Source: Spongospora subterranea f. sp. subterranea (lineage: Eukaryota). Taken from it: a DNA stretch of 64,000 nt. How positions within the stretch are numbered: the stretch's first letter is position 1; each line of letters starts with the position of its first letter. The stretch lies in the NCBI GenBank assembly GCA_049724395.1, contig JAUGWO010000069.1, forward strand, positions 372,001-436,000, in the 5' to 3' direction. Below, piece after piece: positions 40,401-49,003 of the stretch. The notes under the pieces are model-generated. The model did no database searches, had not been told where the DNA came from, and worked only from the letters and a program-made list of their open reading frames with translations. The position numbers were made by a program, and so were the translations under genes.

Positions 40401-41119
40401 AACAGGTCTTCGCCAGCAACAGGAAAGTCACGCAGTTAGTGCTCGATTTTTTTCTCTTCGCCGTGTTGATTTATTTATCTGGATAGTATGCATCAACATC
40501 CCCTAACGAATCACTCGATTCTATCATCGGGCTTTTAAGGGACATTGATCGTAAAGTATCGCAGCAACGAGTCCCGGGCGGAGATGCCGGTGCGGTTACC
40601 GATCCCAAGCCAGAGCTAACGCTGCTTATCGAAGAAGGTTCAATTTTTTGTTGTGAGGTTTCGTTAGAAGTAATATTGTTTCAGGACAAATTGATGAAGC
40701 ATTCACAAAAGCTTTAAACTTAGGAGACGCAAATATAGTGTTTTGGCTTTGTAGTCAACTGCAGCCTTCAGCGTTGCATTATACGGGTTCAGGATTAACA
40801 TATATTTGTCTTTAATAGTAGCTTACCAATTTCAGGTCCACATCATTGCACGCCTCCTGTTTTGCTATCGCTAGCGCAACAGATATCTTTTCATCTAACT
40901 GAATCTGACAATTCAGTAACAATGCAGCTTGAATGGTTGCGAGAAGCGTTACTTGCGCTATCATCTCGTCCTCGTCTGGATCAAATTGCTGCACACCTTC
41001 CTGCCGTTATATCGCAGATTCGTACGAATATTAATCAGCGCAGTAGCGATTTCAACGTCGAACAACAAACCATTGCGCGAATGGTAGTTTTTGTTATAAC
41101 TACACTTGCCTCAAAATAA
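37491..41119 (+). CDS. EDC4: Enhancer of mRNA decapping 4 (Ge-1/Varicose), multi-exon
   Basis: WD40 region (YLIYAI..KIRVLDQATGARALLTGH), Ser-rich linker, SFRESFEDQLLPAF..MFQQIN..LETG, EAFTKAL..VFWLCSQL and LLSLAQQI..LEWL. Confidence 0.85.
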
Positions 41120-41248
41120 ATATTTCAATCAAATCGAAACAATTTATCTTCAGGAAATTGCAGCCTTATAACGCAAAGGGGCACAAAAACCTTAGTACGG
41201 AACTGCTGTTCTTTACAATCAGAGCGATATCCGGATATATTTTCAATA

Positions 41249-41552
41249 CCCGGATAATGCAGGTCTTGGCTGCCAAGCGCGCGTACACAATCAAATATAC
41301 ATTAGTATGGATCTCGAAGACACAGCTACTGTAGGAAGTCAGATAGCTCATTTGAGCGAGAAGAAATGCAAATTATACAGGCAGTGGCAAGCTATTGGTA
41401 GAGGTACGGCATGGTGATTTGAGACAATACGTCGAATACCAATAGCTTGCCACTGCCTGTATGATTTGCATTTCTTCTCGCTCAAATGAGCTATCTGACT
41501 CGCTAGCTGTGGCTTCGAGATCCATTTTAGGGTTGGCCGTGCATTATCCGGG
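41249..41552. repeat. Intergenic fold-back: 64-bp core stem (41337-41400/41437-41500) plus diverged outer pairings
   Basis: Core has a single U:G pair and a 36-nt loop; outer blocks pair 41307-41328/41504-41525 and 41249-41261/41540-41552. Confidence 0.93.
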
Positions 41553-41800
41553 CATGAAACTGTGTGGCACCGAAACGCGCCCTTACGATTTTTCCATCGC
41601 GAGGGCATTAAAACTATCAACAGTCTGCACCCGCTGAGTAAAACTAGATTTGCTAAGCGAAGTGCTCTTTCAGCACTGCTATTCACCGCCAAAATGAAGA
41701 TTTCTGTGGAAGTTCGCAAGCACCAGTTAGGCACTTCGTCGCAGGTCGTGATTTCAGGTGCGAAATATGATGGTTGGGTCAATCTATTTCGCAGATCAAG
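41410..41800 (-). mobile_element. Possible degenerate MULE/Mutator transposase fragment (SWIM-like)
   Basis: IAHLSEKKCKSYRQWQAIGI resembles the SWIM motif V.L...CSC..WQ..GIPC; the rest is too decayed to confirm. Confidence 0.3.
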
Positions 41801-42166
41801 AGACTATATGACGTGGGCCTTTTGCAAGTTTCAGAGCTAACCACCATAAATTATCACACGATGCAGAATATTCAACCGGCAATTCGACTTAGTTTAAAAA
41901 CGGCATTTGCTCAGAAGACTCTGTGCTGGCGACTGTCGCCAAAGAAGTTCAAGTTTGACAAGGCATGCGCTCTTGGACCCTGGCCGGGTCACCATTTTAG
42001 CAAAACCGTCGTTTATGAAGGAAAACGCAAAGTTCGATACTGGGGAACGAAGAAGGTATCATTCATCAGGACCTAGAATATGTTGACGAATTTGCAAAAT
42101 TTCCAGCCAATCTATAGCGTTTGGCCATGTGCTTGGTCAGCTCCTGTTCCACCCGATTTATTGATT

Positions 42167-43373
42167 TTAGTCGACGACCCCATCTGCCAGGTGGCCTGTT
42201 TTGGTGCCAATGGTCGTCTCTGCCGGCCGATCGACTGTTTTCTGATCGCTGTCTCTCAATATGGCGCTAATCTGTTCGGACCTCGACCAGAGATCATCGC
42301 ACATGTCCGACATGGCGTTCTTGTTGATGGCGGCCGCCAGGTCCCTATCCTTCCCCGATCCTTCCTCGTCCTCGTCGTGGTCGCCATAGTTGGGCGTGTA
42401 TTCCTCTGCCTGAATGGCGGCTTGGATGAGCGCCGCCCGAGTCTGGTGTTCCTTCTTCATATAATGAACCGTCGGCAGATCCCCATTCGGTATCAGCTTT
42501 CCCCAATCCAGTGTCAGTTTCCCAGTTTTCACCCAGACGTATTTCCTATACAGTTCCAGATCCGTTTCGGCTTTCGCCTTCAAGTCCGACAGTATCGCCA
42601 TGTCTTCCTTCATGACCCGTTTCTCATTCTCCAAGGCCTCGAGTTTCCGCTCAAGTTCCCGTAGTGTCGACCTGAGTGAAATTTTCTCACTGGCTTGGTC
42701 CTGTTCGGACCTGATCGTCTTGACGTGCGCCATCGCCGCCGTGGTTTTCAGACAGCAGTCCATCTGACGAAACACGCTAACAATCAGGTTTCCCTGCCCT
42801 TTCGCTTTGGGCAGAATCGCGATAATCGAGTTCAGACACGCCGCCGCCACGTCTCGCCTCTCTGCAAAAAACCAACGGAAAGCGCACGCGTCAAGCGGGG
42901 ATGGGCATCAATCACGACGGAATACCCTGGACAGATATCGCTGTTGGGGGATGGACCTTGTTCAACTGCTCAATGGCTGTCCGAAACGTGACATCAATCG
43001 ACGACAACCTGGTCGAAATCCGATCGATTCCGGCTGATCGATCGACGCGCACGATATGATTGAATCGACATTCATCAACGGCCGTGTCGAACGATTCCTG
43101 ACGACGTCCGTCTACGAAAATTCGCTCTGTTAAAGTTCGTGATCTGGCCGGTCGCTGTTGATCAGCGACCTTGGTATTGGGCTGCTGAGTTCTGGCAGGT
43201 TTCGGGGATTTCGCCTGGGATCGGCGGCGGTCAAAGAGGAAGGCGGAAGGCGAGTGGTGAAGATGGTGGGGCGTGGCGACGATGGGGAAGACGGATTGCA
43301 GATCGGGGAGCGTGTGCAGCAACGGGGACGACTGGTATTGGAGCGGGTTCGATGCCCAGGAGGTATACATCAC
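42167..43373 (-). CDS. Hypothetical coiled-coil protein, two exons
   Basis: ORFs 42912..43373 and 42167..42850 are joined by a GT..TTGCAG intron; heptad region LRSTLRELERKLEALENEKRVMKED. Confidence 0.55.
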
Positions 43374-43921
43374 CCAACGGGGCCAGCACGACCCCTATCC
43401 AAAAGATGATCGGGGTACCACTTCATCGCACCTAGGGATAAATCCCCCCTACTCAACAGCCAGCGATTTCTGACAACCGAAACCCGCTCCGCTACATCAG
43501 TCCCTCAATTTATCTCCTCGTCAACTACAGACGCAATGTATTGAAAAAATTGCCAAGTCCCAGATCTGGAAGCCGTCGAGCGACTACCTAGGGGGAGCGG
43601 ATACAAATGGACCAGCTGGCTGAGACACCTTGACCAGCAACTGATTCCTTATCAGTTCCCGCTTGCGGATTGGTGTAAATGGATCGATGACGGTCACGGC
43701 ATGATGGACTGCCGTTCGGCACCATCGGTCACCAATCTTGACAATCAAGGTCATGAGTCACCATTAGACCCAAAACCGGAACCGGGATCATATCGTGAAT
43801 CAATATGGCGATCCAGTGCCTGTCTCCGGTCCTCACATTTCAAATCCATTTTTTCCTTTAACCGGATATCGCTATATAGGTAGACGTCGAAAGCACCTTA
43901 ACGCAACCTCTATAAATCGCC

Positions 43922-45130
43922 ATGTCGTCAGCTGCGATGTTGCCATCGATGCCCGACATCCCGCCCATGGATCGTATGCACCATCGAACGACGACCACTT
44001 CCGCAAGCGTTGAGCGCGATCCCCGACCGTCTCTTAACGACGCCATCGACGAATTTTGCCCAGATATGACAACGGGCGCCGTGGAATGGGCCGACGAGGA
44101 GGTCACCTGCTCGTTGGACAACGCCAAATTCCGTTCCATGTACCGACGCCGTCATCATTGTCGGGCGTGCGGGATCCTCGTCTGTTCGTCGTGTTCAGCA
44201 GAGGAGCGGGAACTGCCCGGATTCGGATTCGCCGATCAGCGACCGCAACGCGTCTGCGATGCGTGTGCCAGCAAGACGCCGGCCGAGCTGGACTGTCTGG
44301 CCACGTTCTGGCAGACGATGGCGAACAAGAACGCCAGCGCTGAGATGCTGATGGTCGCCATGATGAACATCGCCAACGGGGACTTCCATTTCGCAAACGT
44401 CAAGACGTCGAACTGGATGCGAATGAAGGAGCGGGTGGCGAATATGACGCAGCTGGAAGTGGGGATCTGCCAAGCTTTACTAAAAGACGCGTTGGAGATG
44501 AACGACGAGAGCCCGTTGACGCCGGAACAGCTGGATATTGTCGCACTGGAACGGACGACGCGGTTGAAGAACACGGTGACGATGGTGAAGGGATTACGGT
44601 TGGAGGACGATTCCTCGTTCGTGATGCCCATGGACTTCGATAACCGATACGACGCCGTCGCCGAGTTACGTCAGAAGACGGTCGCCACATCGGAGTTGGA
44701 TGAGCACGAGCAGGCGATGAAGGAGCTGGTCGATCGTCCCCGACATGAATTGACGACGGCCGACGTGATCAACATCTGGGGACGCTACCAGAAGTTCGGT
44801 GAAGATCGCCATCAGGCGCTGGGCCAATCGCTGGAGAATCGCGTGAAGCAGATCCTAAACCAGGTGGTGCGGCGGGACCAGGTCGCGGCCAACGCCGAGC
44901 TGGAGGCGGCCCTGATCGACAAAAACGTCGAGAAGATCCGGAAAGCGATGGCAACGTCCGAGTCGGTCCTGGGCCTTTTGGCGAACAGCGAATACCGCGA
45001 CTACGTGATGCCCGATATTCACGTCGTCGTGCCCGGGTTCGCCGCCCATCGTCGTAGTGCTGTCAGACTGATCGCGCCATCGGCTCGCAAGCGGAACTCG
45101 TCGCTCTACCCACCGATGCAGGTTGATTGA
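43922..45130 (+). CDS. FYVE zinc-finger protein with helical C-terminal region, intronless
   Basis: WADE..C..RRRHHCRACGILVCSSCS..RVCDAC (WxxD, R(R/K)HHCR and RVC signatures); TATAAA 11 nt upstream of the ATG. Confidence 0.88.
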   Translation: MSSAAMLPSMPDIPPMDRMHHRTTTTSASVERDPRPSLNDAIDEFCPDMTTGAVEWADEEVTCSLDNAKFRSMYRRRHHCRACGILVCSSCSAEERELPGFGFADQRPQRVCDACASKTPAELDCLATFWQTMANKNASAEMLMVAMMNIANGDFHFANVKTSNWMRMKERVANMTQLEVGICQALLKDALEMNDESPLTPEQLDIVALERTTRLKNTVTMVKGLRLEDDSSFVMPMDFDNRYDAVAELRQKTVATSELDEHEQAMKELVDRPRHELTTADVINIWGRYQKFGEDRHQALGQSLENRVKQILNQVVRRDQVAANAELEAALIDKNVEKIRKAMATSESVLGLLANSEYRDYVMPDIHVVVPGFAAHRRSAVRLIAPSARKRNSSLYPPMQVD

Positions 45131-45308
45131 TCCCCCAATATAGAATAATACACAATCAACGCCAGGGCACTTTAGCATATCATTGGTGGTGATACCCGCC
45201 CATTTGTACCTGAATTTACACGAATGGCATGAATTATATATTAAATAGGGTGAATATATCGAAAGGCATTGCCACGAATGCTACGGCAATACCCTTGTCG
45301 AAATGAGT

Positions 45309-46607
45309 TTAGTTGCCGAAATCTCGATTGGGTAGGACGATAGGGGCGATCAAAGTCCATACATAAAGCGCCGTCGTTGTCCATGTCGTTATCAACGAGA
45401 CCCATAACAATTGGGCTTTTGATTGGAGTGTACCTGGAGCTGGATTCGTGTCAACGTTCCAGTTGGAGACGGCCATTGTCATGTATAAAGCGGACAGCGC
45501 CATCAGTACATGAAACTGGATATTCTGCGACTTGACGGCCTGGGCGTCCTCTTCACTCAGGTCATCGATTGGATGGGAATTTTCTGGCTGCGATTCAACT
45601 AAATTGAAGGGAATATCGGCCTGAATTACGAGGGGTTCCCGTTGTGCACCGAAAACAGTGGTCCTTGAAAGGCTAAATGACGACCAGCACAGAGTGACGG
45701 CGGCGATTATCAGCCCATATGTATCAAAGGAGTGAGTGGAGAACTGAAATCGCGAGCATGTGGACGGCTCAGCGGTCAAGGCTCCGTATAGCGTGAATGT
45801 CTCATAGGCGAACATCACCGACGAGGTTAATATGGTTCCTGTAGCACATTAGATTGAGAAGTCGACGCTGGAAACGATATCGACAAATCTACCATGAGGA
45901 ACGAGATTGGATAACGCCAAAAGCGTATAAACAACGGCGCTGAAAATATTGATCGTTATGACCACTTGCTGCCAAGCACATTCATCGGATCCGCCAAACC
46001 AATAATAGAAAAGGGAAGAGACAACGATGCTTCCGAGCCACAAAATCGCAGAGACTGCCAGAGTGGCAATAAGCCAAGGGCGTTCATCGTCAGCGGTCCA
46101 GGACGCATTCCAGTCGTACGACATTATGATCAAGAGCATAATCTGTAATAGCAAGAATGCACCTGCGCCGTATTGACTGAAGATCACATAGGGGCCGATC
46201 ACGTCGTTGTTGACCAGGAAGCTTGCCACGATCAGCAGAAACCATAGCAATAGCTTGGCTGCGGCGAATCCATAATGAAATGAGGCACTGATTGCAGCAC
46301 CGATCCCATTGACTAAAAAGAAGAAAAACATTGCCATACATATTCTGAAGGCAGCTTGGGTTCGAAAACATTCCTGGGTTGTACAGGATTTGAATGAATA
46401 TAATCCGATTTTGGATACGACATCCCCGCTCTGATATCGCACCAAAAGTGACGATATAGCCGTCAGGAACACGATCATCATATAGAATAATTTCGAGCCA
46501 CGAGACGAGGACGTGATCGATGAGACCGCTTTACAGCACATGAACCCGCCACACGAACCAGCGCATGATCCCAGACACGCCAGCGGTGCCGAGACGATTG
46601 CCCCCAT
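45309..46607 (-). CDS. Serine incorporator / TMS (SERINC) family membrane protein
   Basis: MGA..Cys-rich N-terminus, multiple TM segments, FHVLMALSALYMTM..NW and LYVWTLIAPIVLPNRDF; one intron. Confidence 0.92.
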
Positions 46608-47553
46608 ATCCTAGTCCTGGCCGATATTATCTGCACGCGCCCTCCCGGACCTCTCCGGTAATCAATTGCCCTTACCCTGAATTAAGGCAATCGCCGTCTA
46701 TGAATCATATCATCCTCATAAAACTGTTATCAATCTGTCAAAAAAGAGACCAATATTTTCTGCGCACTTACACGTCCGCGTCAGAAAACCCCAATAAAAT
46801 GCGCAGTGAACATCTGTTACAATCTACAGAAGCACATTCGAGCGCGAACTTACAGTACTGTACACGCTGTGGTAGGCATTGACTACGTTACCGGTTGGAG
46901 GACAAGTCGTGTGGGTAGTACTGTAATACCCACAATTGAACGATGACTTGATGGGATGATGGACCACGTTGGAGAAATACTCTTCCGGAAACGGTTGATG
47001 TGCAGCTGCGGTAAGAGGTCCCTCGGTCAGATATCACATTGCATGTGTACGAAGAGCCGAAGAGGTCTCTCCCGTCAGAGGTATGGCTACCAGAGGAGAA
47101 GGTCTGGCGGTCTCCGTCGTCACCATGATGACTGTGGAATGCTGCACTGGCCGCTGCAGCACTGACCGCAAGGCAAAAAACAACTGCCGTGTTTTGAAGA
47201 ATTTCCAGTTCAGGAAACTCTGCTTGACAACTTCAGGACCACAGGAGGACAATCCCCCCATGCATTTTCTGCGTCCGCGATCTGGCGAAACACCAGCGCT
47301 CCCGAAGATTTGAAGCAGAGTTTCCTGCGAAGAACGGCAGCCGTACATTGCGGTAAGTGCTTCAGCGGCGAGTGCAGCATTCTTGCGCTTACGCGCCGCC
47401 TTGGTCTCAGACACCGGCGTAGAAAACTGTCGGTCGGCCGGGATCGGCTTTTGGAGAGGGTAACTCGATTCCTATGGTAGGTCGATATAGTATCGCGCTA
47501 CACTTGATTAAACAAGGCAGCACGATCTGAGCGAGATATAATAACGGGCAATC

Positions 47554-47869
47554 TCCGCGTGCGTCTTAGAGACTTGTTCAAGTGAAATCGCAGCTCCATC
47601 TAGTGTGGATCACCACACACGCTAAAGATTCGAAAGGAACAGCAATCCCAGTGGCGGCTGCCCATGACCTCGCATCTATGCAACTGTTGAAGACCCAGTA
47701 TGCCCGAACTATTGATTGTCGATTGTCGCCATTATCATCGGTCTTCAACAGTTGCATAGATGCGAGGTCATGGGCATCCGCCACTGGGATTGCTGTTCTT
47801 TTTTTGTGGTGATCCACACTAGATGGAGCTGCGATTTCACTTGAACAAGTCTCTAAAGACGCACGCGGA
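47554..47869. repeat. Long intergenic hairpin: outer stem 47554-47617/47805-47869, inner stem 47637-47695/47740-47798
   Basis: Outer 64 bp with a 1-nt bulge, inner 59 bp with 1 mismatch, asymmetric internal loop and 44-nt terminal loop; no obvious target-site duplication. Confidence 0.95.
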
Positions 47870-48081
47870 TACTGTCAGTGTACTGTAAGAGGGACTATCG
47901 GAAGGCCACGCCCCCCGTGAACATCTCATCTCGTGATTGTATCAACAGTATATTAACCCCATTCCGACAATTCATTGGTGACCGATCGGTTATGGCGAGG
48001 GGTACAGAGGAGGCTCCATTATCATCATCAGGTTATATGATTGCTCCAATATCGACTGGAACGTTCTGGTTTTGACCGTAT

Positions 48082-48905
48082 ATGGACGGCGCAGGGGAGG
48101 CGCCTGGGATCGATGACACCATGGAATCAGGGGAGGTGGTCGATCTTCCCACTTCAATCCTTAAGAAAATTGATGATGATCTCATTGTCGAAATAACATA
48201 TGGGAGTGGTGCGCCGCCGTGGCTGCAAAGAGAATTCGAAAAGCTAATCACAACATGCAATCAACGCCACACGCCAAATTCGGCGAATACCCAGAAGACC
48301 ATTCGATACGGGCAATCATTCTGCGTTGATCGTCATGGAAGTGACCAACGTCCTCCCACATCGATTCGCTACGAGGTTGCGAATCCAATCCCGCTTCCTG
48401 TACGAGATCTTCCAGCCCAAGCCTGTTTTAACTGCGGTGTTAGTGGGCATTCGGTTAGGGATTGCCCTCATCCCGCTGAAGCCGATATAATCCGCGAGAA
48501 TGTCAGGCAATTTAAAGCTCTTCAAGCTGCAAAAAACGAAACACATTCGCAAGCTAGGTATGTTTTTAACTCTCCACTATTGTCACCAGTAGTTTTGCTC
48601 CCATTTTGACCTTTCGGAGTTGGGAAGGTTTTTATTTTATATCGGAACGCGAGTTATTGAAGATCTGCAGGTATTATCATGATCGCCCCGTATCAGATGG
48701 TAAAGAGGCGCCTGCAAAGTATGCACGCTATGACGACAAAAGGCAAGGATCATCGGGGGCGCACTCGCGGTATTCCTCGCGATCGGATGCTCGAAGCGAT
48801 CAACGCGAGCCGTCCAATTTCCGTCAGTCGTCGTCGCGTCAGCAAGTATCGTCAGCAGGAGATTCACGAAATGATCGTGGCTATAATCGAGACAACCATT
48901 ATTGA
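48082..48905 (+). CDS. CCHC zinc-knuckle protein similar to the ZCCHC8 N-terminal region, with RS/RD-rich tail
   Basis: SFCVDR, CFNCGVSGHSVRDCPHP..I..N...F..RYYH; intron 48558-48670. Confidence 0.6.
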
Positions 48906-49003
48906 CCCCTCAAATGCTTGTAGATGCCGGCTTTTGACATCTAGATGTTGTTCAATATTGGATGACTGGTATCTATTTTGGGGTCTGCGCTATGGTTTAT
49001 AAA

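Noticed and set aside
45263..45292. Small GCATTGCC/GGCAATAC stem between FYVE and SERINC 3' ends
   Set aside because: The stem is too short to distinguish from chance.
47034..47414. 126-aa minus-strand ORF next to the long hairpin
   Set aside because: Non-ATG start, no recognisable domain, and it lies in a block that looks like decayed non-genic DNA.
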